The notes below the pieces were generated by a model. It was given only the letters and a program-made list of their open reading frames with translations, was not told where the DNA came from and searched no databases. Both the position numbers and the translations under genes were made by a program. From contig CAMTUP010000011.1 of the NCBI GenBank assembly GCA_947084945.1, forward strand, positions 22,945-86,944: a stretch of DNA of 64,000 nt, written 5' to 3'. Below, in pieces: positions 28,662-38,510 of this stretch (position 1 is the stretch's first letter; every line of letters begins with the position of its first letter). Origin of the DNA: an uncultured Ignavibacteria bacterium (lineage in GTDB: Bacteria > Bacteroidota > Ignavibacteria > Tepidaquicellales > OLB5).

Positions 28662-29600
28662 CTAATCCAAAAAACTTAAGTTTGGTTTGCCTTTTTTATT
28701 CATTAAACCGTCGAGCATCCCTTTTAAATAATATAAACTTAATTTTATATCACAAACTTTGATAAACCAGACAGCCTTCCATGGAAACCGGATAAGGTCT
28801 TCAGCCGCGGTGATAAACATTGAAGAATAAAGCTTATATTTTCTGAAATATAAAAATTTGTTCCGCTGGCTTAAATAATACTCAAAATAGTACCCGTTAT
28901 TATTTTTTTTCGACCATTTGTGGTTATGCCATATTTTTGCTTTTGATGTTACCGCCATTTTGCAGTTATGCTGCACCTTCAGTCTGTATGAAAGATCGAT
29001 TTCATCAAAGTAAGCAAAATAGGAATTTTCAAACATTCCGATACGGCTGAATACATCCGCTTTTATAAAGCATACACCGCCTCCTATAAAATCTGTTTCA
29101 GAGTATTCCGGTATTTTTGAGGTGTGAACATTCTGATTGGTAAAGTGCTTTACCAGTTTTCCTCTTTTATAATTTATACTGCCGCCGAATTCCTGTATTT
29201 CATCGGGTGCTAAATTTTTGTTTTTAAAAAGGACAGGACCTGCACAGTCAAGGTTTGCATCGGAATCAAACATCTTTTTCAGTTCAGAAATTGCAAGCGG
29301 ATCAAAGAAGAGGTCATTATTTGAAAAGAAGAGATATTTACATCCGTCTTCGATCGCTTTTTTTGCACCCGCGTTACAGCCCCCTGAAAAACCGGAATTG
29401 AAATTCAGAAGGATGTATTCTGCTTTGATATCATTATTTTTGTTAAGATTTTTAAAGAATTCAACCGAATCATCAACAGAGTTATTATCAACAAAATATA
29501 AAGTATAATCTTTTAGAACCTGTTCTTTCAATGAATTAAAATATTCTTCCAGGTTCTGTCTTTCATTGGTTACAACCGTAATTATTCCGAGGATGCTCAA
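28662..29600 (-). CDS. Glycosyltransferase family 2 (rhamnosyltransferase-like), TTG start
   Basis: VDNNSVDDS, N.GFSGGCN.G, FSNND, FAYFDEIDLSYR, IWH. Confidence 0.9.
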   Translation of the reverse strand: MSILGIITVVTNERQNLEEYFNSLKEQVLKDYTLYFVDNNSVDDSVEFFKNLNKNNDIKAEYILLNFNSGFSGGCNAGAKKAIEDGCKYLFFSNNDLFFDPLAISELKKMFDSDANLDCAGPVLFKNKNLAPDEIQEFGGSINYKRGKLVKHFTNQNVHTSKIPEYSETDFIGGGVCFIKADVFSRIGMFENSYFAYFDEIDLSYRLKVQHNCKMAVTSKAKIWHNHKWSKKNNNGYYFEYYLSQRNKFLYFRKYKLYSSMFITAAEDLIRFPWKAVWFIKVCDIKLSLYYLKGMLDGLMNKKGKPNLSFLD

Positions 29601-29604
29601 AAAA

Positions 29605-30414
29605 TTATAGATTGAAAAAACTTTTTAATTCGATAAGCTGCTCTTTAATGTTGAGACCGGAAATGTTCCCGTTCAGGGGATAAACGGTGCTGAGCGTTCT
29701 ATCGCAGAAAAATTTGTTCTCTTCGGGTATGACCTTAACACCAAGCCCGAATACATTGTTTATCATGTTAACCAGTTCAAATTTTGAAAGTGAATCGGGT
29801 GAGTGAACATGAAACAAACCTTTTTCATATAGTCCATTTTTCATGATCATTTCAGAAATTTTCGCAAACTGCAGGGTAGTAACTCCGTTCCATAAATGGT
29901 TTGTATATCCGTTAACTGTTTTGCCTTTTTGAGAAAATACCCATCCAAGTAAAGAATGTGATGTTTCTTTTTCCGGTCCAATTATGGAAGTTCTCAATGT
30001 CATGCAGTCATTGGTTTCTCCGGCAACTTTGGAAATTCCGTAAAGATCTTCAGCGTCCAGATAATCGTTTTCATTGTAGTTTCCACGTTTACCGGAAAAA
30101 GCGCAATCGGTTGTGATATGTATCAGGGGTGTTTCCAAATATTTGCACAGTTTCGCCAGGTTCCTCGGAAAGATTCCGTTTATCTTCACTGTTTCATATG
30201 GAGTATAATTTTCAATAACTTGTTTAATTACACCAATGCAGTTCAGAACAAAATCTGAATTTTCAACATAAGTACTCAGAACGCTCACATCGGAGGTTAC
30301 AGCGTCAAATTCACTGCGGGCAATTGTTCTTACTTCATAACCTTTTTTACGGAAAAACAGGCAAGCGGAATTACCCAGCATACCGTTTGCACCTAATATC
30401 AAAATATTTTTCAT
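29605..30414 (-). CDS. RmlD-like NDP-4-keto-6-deoxyhexose reductase (WbvR/QnlB-like)
   Basis: ILGANGMLG, NCIGVIK, HITTDCAFSG..G.Y.E, YGISK, RTSIIG, NHLWNGVTT. Confidence 0.85.
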   Translation of the reverse strand: MKNILILGANGMLGNSACLFFRKKGYEVRTIARSEFDAVTSDVSVLSTYVENSDFVLNCIGVIKQVIENYTPYETVKINGIFPRNLAKLCKYLETPLIHITTDCAFSGKRGNYNENDYLDAEDLYGISKVAGETNDCMTLRTSIIGPEKETSHSLLGWVFSQKGKTVNGYTNHLWNGVTTLQFAKISEMIMKNGLYEKGLFHVHSPDSLSKFELVNMINNVFGLGVKVIPEENKFFCDRTLSTVYPLNGNISGLNIKEQLIELKSFFNL

Positions 30415-30446
30415 TTATTTGCCGTCGCGAATTTAAAAATAATGCA

Positions 30447-31451
30447 TTATATCCATTTTTCATTTTTCAGCATTTCTCTAAGTTCTGCTTTTTTCAGCTT
30501 TTCAGCAGTATCAGAAGAAAATCTGAACAGGTTCTCGTTTTTGTAATTTTTATACTTTTTTTCTATTTCGGGTATTTCTACCTGTGGCAGTATAATGAAT
30601 AGGTTTTCTTTTTCTATAGTTCTGATAGACTCCGTTGGAGTAACCAGCGTCTCGTGTATTTTTTCTCCGGGTCGGATGCCAGTTTCGGTCAGTTTTAGTT
30701 TTTTCCCGGATGCTTCCAGCATAACTTCAGCCAGATCTACAACAGTATGGGCAGGTATTTTAAGTATAAAAATTTCTCCGCCCAGTGAATACTCAACACT
30801 TTTAAACACAAGATCAATGGCGTTATCAAGAGTTAAGATAAATCTTGTCATATTTTTATCAGTAATAGTAAGATTTTGGTCATTATCTATCTGGTTCCTT
30901 AATACCGGAATAACAGAACCTCGTGAACCAAGCACGTTGCCGTATCTGACACAGGAAAAAATAGTACGTTTTCCGTCACGATGTACATTTGCAGAAGTAA
31001 TAAGTCTTTCCTGGATAGCCTTAGTCATACCCATTACATTCACGGGTTCCGCTGCTTTATCGGTACTGATGGCGATAACTTTTTCCACGTTATGGAACAA
31101 AGCTGCATCAATCACATTCTGTGCACCCACTGCGTTCGTTTTGATAGCCTCATAAGGATTGTATTCACACGAAGGCACCTGTTTTAATGCTGCTGCATGA
31201 AAAACTATATCAACACCGCGCATAGCTTTTAAAAGAGATTCTTTGCTGCGTACATCTCCAATTATGAATCTCAGCTTCCGGTTTCCCTGAAATTCAAACT
31301 GCATATCATATTGTTTTTTTTCGTCCCGACTAATTATTCTTATTTCGTCAGGGTCCTCTTTCATTAATCGGTTTACTATCTGATGCCCAAACGAGCCGGT
31401 ACCGCCTGTAACCAATATCTTTTTTCCAGAAAACAGTTTTTTCATAGTCAA
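30447..31451 (-). CDS. UDP-GlcNAc 4,6-dehydratase/5-epimerase (FnlA/CapE/WbvB-like)
   Basis: TGGTGSFG, SRDEKKQ, GDVR, HAAALKQVPSCE, STDKA..PVNVMGMTK, RYGNVLGSRGSVIP, GIRPGEKIHE. Confidence 0.9.
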   Translation of the reverse strand: MTMKKLFSGKKILVTGGTGSFGHQIVNRLMKEDPDEIRIISRDEKKQYDMQFEFQGNRKLRFIIGDVRSKESLLKAMRGVDIVFHAAALKQVPSCEYNPYEAIKTNAVGAQNVIDAALFHNVEKVIAISTDKAAEPVNVMGMTKAIQERLITSANVHRDGKRTIFSCVRYGNVLGSRGSVIPVLRNQIDNDQNLTITDKNMTRFILTLDNAIDLVFKSVEYSLGGEIFILKIPAHTVVDLAEVMLEASGKKLKLTETGIRPGEKIHETLVTPTESIRTIEKENLFIILPQVEIPEIEKKYKNYKNENLFRFSSDTAEKLKKAELREMLKNEKWI

Positions 31452-31543
31452 TTATACACTAATTTTAATGCAAGTTATCATTTTTTTAAAATTTCAGCAA
31501 GATAATTACTTTCACCATTACAGGTTAATATCATGGAATCTGG

Positions 31544-32761
31544 CTAAGTGAAATTTTTATCGTACGCTTTTTTGAGCAGAGAAGTGAAATATTCACAATA
31601 TCTTTCAGCAGTATGCCGGGTAAGAACCTGTTCCCTTGAATAATTTCCCATTTGAGAAAGCAGGGTTTTGTTGTTAATTAATTCTTCCAGCGCTCTTACC
31701 AATTCATTGGTGTTAAGGTTAATCAATAACCCGTTCTTTTCGCTTATAAACAGCCTGGTATCGCCGGTATTGCTGGCTATTACTGCATTTGCACACGCCA
31801 TAGCCTCAAGGAGTGTTTGAGAAGGGTAATTGGTTCCTGTTTGGAGCGAAACGATTATACTTGTGTTTGCAAATACTTCAGGTGGATTTTTATGAAATTT
31901 GAAATCGACTGCTTTACTGAGTTTGTTATCTTTAATAAATTTTTCAATTTCAAATACGAGTGAACCCTCACCCAGCAAATGAAATTTAATTTCAGGGTAT
32001 TTTTTATGCAGAACGGCTGCTGCTTTAAGGAACATTATCGGGTTTTTATCAGGCTCAAGCCTGGCAGAAAATGCAATTTCAATTTGTGATTTATCGCCAA
32101 CTCTGCATTTTGAGTAATCTGCAAATGAGCAGGGAGCAATTGATGCTGCTTCATTTTTTATTTTCACATTTCTTTGCTTAACGCCTTCAAGTATATAAGG
32201 ACTTAGGAAATCAACGAAGTCTGCATTTTCCATAATATAATTGAATGAATAATACTTCCGGTACCAAAGTAACTTCATATCTGGGTGAACTTCAGAAAAC
32301 CAGCTATCCATATTTGCAAAAATTACAGAAACTTTTCTTCTTTTATCCTTTAAATAAAATACAGTAGGTAATGAACCCGAAAAAACTCCAGCAAATACTT
32401 TGATGTTATACTTACTTCTTATGGCTTCAATCTTTTTAAATATGTTCTTCTGTTTGTACAGGTTTTTGTAAAACCAGTATATCTTTCTGGGCAGCGAGGT
32501 ATTTTTATCAATTAAAATTGGATCAGGTGAGTGATCTGAGTAAAAAGTAGTATTTTCTTTTTCTTCAGCCTTGGAACTGTCATTTTTATAATCTATAACA
32601 AATATATTTTTGGTGTTAAGTTCCGGAAAGATTGATCTAATTTGATAGTATAGGTGATTATTAACAATCAAAAAAATATTATCCGGAAACTTTTTCAGTA
32701 ATTCTTTGTAAAGCAAAGTATAACGTTTTGCGGCGCCTCCAAAAGCTCCGTTATTAAACAT
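31544..32761 (-). CDS. Glycosyltransferase family 4 (GT-B)
   Basis: GAFGGAAKR, FSARLEPDKNP, YPSQTLLEAMAC..AVIASNTG. Confidence 0.88.
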   Translation of the reverse strand: MFNNGAFGGAAKRYTLLYKELLKKFPDNIFLIVNNHLYYQIRSIFPELNTKNIFVIDYKNDSSKAEEKENTTFYSDHSPDPILIDKNTSLPRKIYWFYKNLYKQKNIFKKIEAIRSKYNIKVFAGVFSGSLPTVFYLKDKRRKVSVIFANMDSWFSEVHPDMKLLWYRKYYSFNYIMENADFVDFLSPYILEGVKQRNVKIKNEAASIAPCSFADYSKCRVGDKSQIEIAFSARLEPDKNPIMFLKAAAVLHKKYPEIKFHLLGEGSLVFEIEKFIKDNKLSKAVDFKFHKNPPEVFANTSIIVSLQTGTNYPSQTLLEAMACANAVIASNTGDTRLFISEKNGLLINLNTNELVRALEELINNKTLLSQMGNYSREQVLTRHTAERYCEYFTSLLKKAYDKNFT

Positions 32762-33141
32762 TATTATACCTGTATTTGGAATCGTGGAAATGTTATTGAT
32801 ATTAGATACTATTATTAAAATTCATAATATTACAATATTAAGCAATTGTGTCATAGATTACAACTGAATTTTTGATTAATCAAGACGCAGAAATAGCCAA
32901 CAGAGATAAGTATTTAACAATTTTCAAAAACCCAATAGAAGATTATTAAAGTGACTTAGTTATATGAGTAATAAAAATGACACGGTCTTTAACTAAAACA
33001 GTTAAATTTCGCATCTCTAAAACCGCTAAATCACAATAATCGCATTTTTTTAACGTATTATGCCGTCTTTAGGGGATTAAAAAAGACTTGAAGATAATAA
33101 CAATGGTTTATACATTTATAGTTATAATTAATAAAAAAGCA

Positions 33142-34170
33142 ATGAAAATATTATCTTATGTTTTAGTGATTTTAGTTACAGTAGGAAGCGTTATTTATTA
33201 CGGATGTGATGATGCAGGAATTATTCCGACCCCACATCCCAGTGGAAATATTACATTGAAACCGTCTAATTTAAAACCGCTTAATCAGGGTGTGGATGGC
33301 TGGTATCATTTGTGGATTGCCCTTGATACTGCAAGCCAGCGTGAATGGTTCAGCGCAGGTGCGTTTAATATTAGTTCAGGCGGAACATTGGTTGATTTAA
33401 GCGGCGCTCCAACAACCCTGAGATTTACCGGAGATACCAACAGGCTCACTCAAAGTGCTCATGCACTGATTACAATTGAAAAGGATATTGTATTTGCACC
33501 GGGCTCTTTAAGATTGATCAGCGGACCTCTTTCCATTGCTTCTGACAGTATCTACGGTTCGATGAAAATGTCAGGATTGGAGGCATTTGACAGTATGGGA
33601 GTTAGACTTATTGGTGATGACAATAATTGCCCAACAACGTCGCCTAATAATTATGCAACGGGATATTACATACTTCAATCGCCAACTACTTCAAACGCAG
33701 ATTGTCTGAAAGGCCTTTGGTTTTCAGACATTTCAGGGAACTCGGGTTTTACACCGGGGTTGAATGTACCGATTGCTTTGGGCTGGACTTATGAAGCATG
33801 GGTTGTCCAAAACTCTACTCAAACATTTCACTCACTTGGGAGATTTACAAGTTTCAACCAGGCTGATAGTGATGGACCGGGTTCTTGTCCCGGGGCTAGT
33901 CCTGTCGATCCATTTAACAGTGTTCCGGGTCAGGAGTATGCAGCAGGATGTTCGAATAATAGTAATTTAAATAATGGTGATTATGGAGTATTTATTACAA
34001 TTGAACCAATAAACGAAAGCGGAACTTCATTGAATTCGCCATTTCCGGTAAAATTGTTCTCAAGGGAAGTTATTCAGTCATCATTGAACTGCGGTGTTCT
34101 TGATTGGTATTTTAGGTCTTTATCAAAAGATTGTTTGATGCCATACGCTTTGGTAAAAATTGCACATTAA
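33142..34170 (+). CDS. Lipoprotein of unknown function (RskA C-terminal-like W-Y-E-x-W motifs); ORF track begins 33088
   Basis: Signal with YYGC lipobox; internal repeat WYHLWI...AGAF / WTYEAWVV...LGRF; PGQE motif; six extracytoplasmic Cys. Confidence 0.6.
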   Translation: MKILSYVLVILVTVGSVIYYGCDDAGIIPTPHPSGNITLKPSNLKPLNQGVDGWYHLWIALDTASQREWFSAGAFNISSGGTLVDLSGAPTTLRFTGDTNRLTQSAHALITIEKDIVFAPGSLRLISGPLSIASDSIYGSMKMSGLEAFDSMGVRLIGDDNNCPTTSPNNYATGYYILQSPTTSNADCLKGLWFSDISGNSGFTPGLNVPIALGWTYEAWVVQNSTQTFHSLGRFTSFNQADSDGPGSCPGASPVDPFNSVPGQEYAAGCSNNSNLNNGDYGVFITIEPINESGTSLNSPFPVKLFSREVIQSSLNCGVLDWYFRSLSKDCLMPYALVKIAH

Positions 34171-34261
34171 GCCGCAAATTATAATATTTGAAAATATTTG
34201 TTAATTATCAATTATTCATTATCAGGAGTAAATGAAGAATTTTGAATACTAAGGATATAAA

Positions 34262-35626
34262 TTGAATTTTAGAAAATTATCCTTCAGCAATATTAATAAT
34301 CTATATCTGCTTATATGTGTAGCAATATTAATTAGAATTATTTTTTTTTTTACTTATGCTCCAATCGGGTATCCTGATACCGGTTGGTATGAAAAACTTG
34401 CGAAAGAAATAATAACCTGGAACTTCAGTGAATATGATGGCGCAAGGACCCCGGTTTACCCGATAATTCTTATTATTGGTTTAATTAAATGGAAATTAGT
34501 TTGGCTGATTCAAATGGCATTTGGAGTGGCAAATACTATTCTGTTCTATTTAATAATACTTAAAGCAACTAATAATCAAAAGTTTTCATTCTGGTCAGGG
34601 ATTGGTTACAATTTTTCTTTGATATTACTTTTTTTTGAATCGAATTTACTTACCGAAACAATCTGTATATTCTTTTTGCTTCTTACTGCTTATTATTTCC
34701 AAAGAACGACCGAAATCAACAAGCCGGGTATTTTTAAAAAAAATACCAATTATTTGATATTATCTCTGGCTGTTACGTTTGCTACTTTAACGCGACCTAC
34801 CTTTGCATATATCTACCCGTTGTTATTATTATTTATTATTTATGATTATTTTAAAAACAGAGATCATAATGGTGCTCTGTTTAAGAAATTGTCATTTTAT
34901 ATTCTTCCATTTTTAGTATTGGTAGGCGGTTGGAGCACGTTTAATAAAATAAAAGTTGATTATTTCGGTCCCACAACTTTAACGGGTTTCCACTTTATAG
35001 AACACAGCGGAGCATTTATAGAATATGCGCCGGACGAATACGCTGATCTAAGGGACCTGTATTTAAAATACAGGAAAATTAAGATTTCCGAAACCGGGGA
35101 GCAAACAACTACAGTTTATATGGTTTACCCGGAGATCCAAAAGAACAAGGGTTATAGTATTGCCCGGATCTCGAAAGAGTTAACCGCAGTTTCGTTCTGG
35201 CTTTTTTATCATTACCCTGGGCTATATTTTAAAAGTGTAGCCAGGGCATATTTTGATTTCTGGCTTTTTCCGAATTTTATAGATTACTGGGATCTTAATA
35301 AGTTTCGCTTTAAATTACTGCAAGTATCCGTAGCATTTTGGGTAAAACTGGAATTATATTTTTGGATTGTGATTAAACTATTTTTTTTGGCAGGCAGTAT
35401 TTTATACTTGTTTTCGAAAAATGTGAGAAATGACCCCAACAAAATGCTCCTTATCTATTTAATTAGTACTGTAATTTCATTATCACTAATACAGGCACTG
35501 GTTCAATACGGTGATAACTGGAGGTTTAGTGTAGCAGTAAAACCGTTCATAATTCTTACAATACTAATATTAGCTTTTAATATTAAGAGAGGAAATAAAG
35601 AGAATTTCATAAGCAAAACAGAATAA
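34262..35626 (+). CDS. GT-C fold (ArnT/PMT-like) membrane glycosyltransferase
   Basis: YPDTGWY, RTPVYP, LLTE, LTRP, WR motifs in a multi-TM topology with a large periplasmic loop. Confidence 0.68.
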   Translation: MNFRKLSFSNINNLYLLICVAILIRIIFFFTYAPIGYPDTGWYEKLAKEIITWNFSEYDGARTPVYPIILIIGLIKWKLVWLIQMAFGVANTILFYLIILKATNNQKFSFWSGIGYNFSLILLFFESNLLTETICIFFLLLTAYYFQRTTEINKPGIFKKNTNYLILSLAVTFATLTRPTFAYIYPLLLLFIIYDYFKNRDHNGALFKKLSFYILPFLVLVGGWSTFNKIKVDYFGPTTLTGFHFIEHSGAFIEYAPDEYADLRDLYLKYRKIKISETGEQTTTVYMVYPEIQKNKGYSIARISKELTAVSFWLFYHYPGLYFKSVARAYFDFWLFPNFIDYWDLNKFRFKLLQVSVAFWVKLELYFWIVIKLFFLAGSILYLFSKNVRNDPNKMLLIYLISTVISLSLIQALVQYGDNWRFSVAVKPFIILTILILAFNIKRGNKENFISKTE

Positions 35627-35655
35627 ATTCTGCACTAAGTTATCTTGCTTTATAA

Positions 35656-37050
35656 TTATAGATCGTATTTATCATTAATATTTTCGTATTTATAAACAAC
35701 AGTGGTAATATAGAAGGCCACGGAATAAAACCCCATTAATCCAACAGTTAGTCCCGAATAGGAGTAATTAATTATAGAATCAAAAAATATTTTTGATAAA
35801 AATACGAGTGTGAAGAATACAAGCAGGTCATCGTGAACTGATCGTTTTAGAATTTTAAGAGAAATGATAAAATAATAAATTTGAAAAAGAATAGCCAAAA
35901 TAAACCCGATTAATCCATAAGCTGTAAGTACAGAAGCCCATCCTACATCTGAAAACCCCCATGCATATATATTTTCTTCAACTGTAACTGGTTTTACAAC
36001 CCAAAGCGGGTGCATACCTATTCCGAAGAAAATATTGCTGTTCTGCCAAAGAGTGATTAAAGCACCAATGTTTGCAAGTCTTGTTCCATAAGTACCTTCG
36101 TTATATTTTAGATCTTCCTGACCCTGTGTAACTCGTGTTTCTAAAGCCTGTAACATATAATCGGATTGAGGAATAAATTTAATAAATGCATACACAAGCG
36201 AAAGACAAAGAATAGATATTACTAGTATTTGTTTAAATGCTAGTCGGAACTCTCTTTTCTTAATTGAGTACCAAAGAATCATCATTGTAATTGTTAAAAT
36301 AAGATATACCCAAGAAGACCTGCCAAAGGCTAGAATATGGGGCAGAATGAACAATACAGCAAGTAGAAGTTGATAAAATCTGAATTTCTTAGTCATCCAA
36401 ATGTAAAAAAACCCAAGAAAGAAAAGCTCGCCATAGAAAGTTCCTCCGTAAACACGGAAAACCTTAAGACCGCCAGGGAGGCTTTGCTCAGAAATACCGA
36501 TATCGGGAAGAAAAGCTATACCGGTTACCGCACTCATTATATAAAGCACATTTGATACAATTGTAACAGGTAAAATTAGTTTTATCAGGTAACCAAACGC
36601 TCTCCTTTTTAAAAGCAGCAAAAAAGGGAAAATCAAAAAACACATCCATAAACCTTTTAGCCTGAAAAAGAATTCTATTATATTATATTCATAATATATT
36701 GAACTTACAATAAACTGAATGAAAAGATATAAAAGTATAAGTTTAGGAATAATAAGAGCGCGGCTTTTGTATAAAGTTTTAAATTCGTTTAAATTATACA
36801 ATGAATATAGTGTAAGACCATATAACAGGAAATCCGAGACCCTCATGTTTCTATATACAAAATAGAAATTTTTGGGTATTAACCCTAGTGTTCCATTTTC
36901 AATAAAAAAGATAAGAAAAATTCCCCACGCCAGAAGTTTAGCATTTAGAGTTAGGTAATTCTTCTGTTGAAGAACTTCAGTAAATGATTTTCTTTTCTGT
37001 GATATTTTATGGGCAGTTACCCTGAAATTATTTGCGATTTTTACTACCAA
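35656..37050 (-). CDS. O-antigen ligase/polymerase-like membrane protein (paralog A)
   Basis: About 12 TM helices, RVYGGTF, FGRSSW, periplasmic loop with GTYGTR, FGIGMHP, and D.GW..VL..YGLIG in place of the usual H-N motif. Confidence 0.65.
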   Translation of the reverse strand: MVVKIANNFRVTAHKISQKRKSFTEVLQQKNYLTLNAKLLAWGIFLIFFIENGTLGLIPKNFYFVYRNMRVSDFLLYGLTLYSLYNLNEFKTLYKSRALIIPKLILLYLFIQFIVSSIYYEYNIIEFFFRLKGLWMCFLIFPFLLLLKRRAFGYLIKLILPVTIVSNVLYIMSAVTGIAFLPDIGISEQSLPGGLKVFRVYGGTFYGELFFLGFFYIWMTKKFRFYQLLLAVLFILPHILAFGRSSWVYLILTITMMILWYSIKKREFRLAFKQILVISILCLSLVYAFIKFIPQSDYMLQALETRVTQGQEDLKYNEGTYGTRLANIGALITLWQNSNIFFGIGMHPLWVVKPVTVEENIYAWGFSDVGWASVLTAYGLIGFILAILFQIYYFIISLKILKRSVHDDLLVFFTLVFLSKIFFDSIINYSYSGLTVGLMGFYSVAFYITTVVYKYENINDKYDL

Positions 37051-37079
37051 ACTTTATGAATATATATAACTTATTAATT

Positions 37080-38510
37080 TTATGTTATAATGCCTTTTTT
37101 TCTGAATTCTTCATACATATAAATAAAAACAGGAATATAAATGTTCAAACCAGTGAAAAACCCCCATAAGCCCGTTGAAACAAATATATAAGAAAATCCT
37201 ATAGTAGACTCAAACAGTAGTTTAGCAAACAACAGAACCACTATAAAAGTATATAAATTAACATTGGGTGATCTTTTGATGATTTTGAACGATAAAAACA
37301 TATAGTAAAACTGGATTATTAAAGTTAACGCAAATCCAATCAGTCCATAAGCTGCAAGCACAGATGGCCAGGCAACATCACAGAAGGCACCGTAAATAAG
37401 GGCTTCCTCTCTTGAGCCGGGACCCACTACCCACATTGGATGAAATCCTATTCCTAAAAAAATATTATTATTCATCCATAAAGCTACAAGCACGCTATTC
37501 TGCGTTACTACCCTAGTGCCGTAAGTACCTTCATCATGTTTTACATCATCGGAACCCTGAAAAATGCGTGCGTTTAGAGCGTCGATGTAAAAATTGGACT
37601 CAGGGATAAATTTTATGAAAGCATAAGATATAGAAACACCCATTATTATCAAAAGGACAGCTTGCCTTAACAGAATTTGATAGTTTCTCTTGTTTAACGA
37701 ATTTAAAAGGATCATCAATAAGATTGTAAAGGCAAAACTTACCCATGCCATCCGCCCAAAAGCAAGTATATGAGGTATGATAAATAACGTAAGCAACCCC
37801 ATTTGCCAAGCCCGGAATCTTTTTGTTATCCAATAATAAACGATACCGAGGAAAAAAAGGTCGCCATAAAACGTTCCGCCATAAACTCTGAATACTTCAA
37901 TATCACCTGGCAGCTGCTGTTTTATAATTGAAACATCAGGCAGGAAGGGAATACCTGTAAGAGCAGTAATTATATATAATATGTTTGATATTATGGCAAC
38001 AGGAAAGATTAATTTTATAAGAAACGGAAAACCATTCCTGCTTACTAAAAGCATAAAAGGGAATACCAAAAAAGAAGACCATATACCCTTCAGCCTGAAA
38101 AAGAATTCAATTGGATTAAAATCATACCTTATGTAGCTTACAACAAATTCAAATAAAAGATAAAGAAGAAATATTTTTACAACAAAGAACGGTTTACTTT
38201 TGAACAGAACTTTGTATTCTTTCCAGCAAATTAACGAATATATTATCAATGCATATAGCAGAAAATCAGATATCCTCATGTTTCTGTAAACCATATAGAA
38301 TTTTTCAGGCACAAGCCCCATGGTTCCATTTTGGATGAAATAATACAGGAAGATAGTTAACGCAAGGACTCTTGCACGTAGGTTAACAACCAGATTTTCC
38401 TTAAACAGATTTTCGCTGTAAAGCATAGATGACCTATCATCTTTAGCCGAGGTGGTTTCTTTTGCGGGGTTCTTTTTCCCGCGAAGACTATTTATAGATG
38501 TTCTGAGCAA
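37080..38510 (-). CDS. O-antigen ligase/polymerase-like membrane protein (paralog B)
   Basis: Shares YRNMR.SDFLLY, FFFRLKG.W, RVYGGTFYG.LFFLG, HILAFGR, EGTYGTR and G.G.HP.WVV with paralog A. Confidence 0.65.
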   Translation of the reverse strand: MLRTSINSLRGKKNPAKETTSAKDDRSSMLYSENLFKENLVVNLRARVLALTIFLYYFIQNGTMGLVPEKFYMVYRNMRISDFLLYALIIYSLICWKEYKVLFKSKPFFVVKIFLLYLLFEFVVSYIRYDFNPIEFFFRLKGIWSSFLVFPFMLLVSRNGFPFLIKLIFPVAIISNILYIITALTGIPFLPDVSIIKQQLPGDIEVFRVYGGTFYGDLFFLGIVYYWITKRFRAWQMGLLTLFIIPHILAFGRMAWVSFAFTILLMILLNSLNKRNYQILLRQAVLLIIMGVSISYAFIKFIPESNFYIDALNARIFQGSDDVKHDEGTYGTRVVTQNSVLVALWMNNNIFLGIGFHPMWVVGPGSREEALIYGAFCDVAWPSVLAAYGLIGFALTLIIQFYYMFLSFKIIKRSPNVNLYTFIVVLLFAKLLFESTIGFSYIFVSTGLWGFFTGLNIYIPVFIYMYEEFRKKGIIT

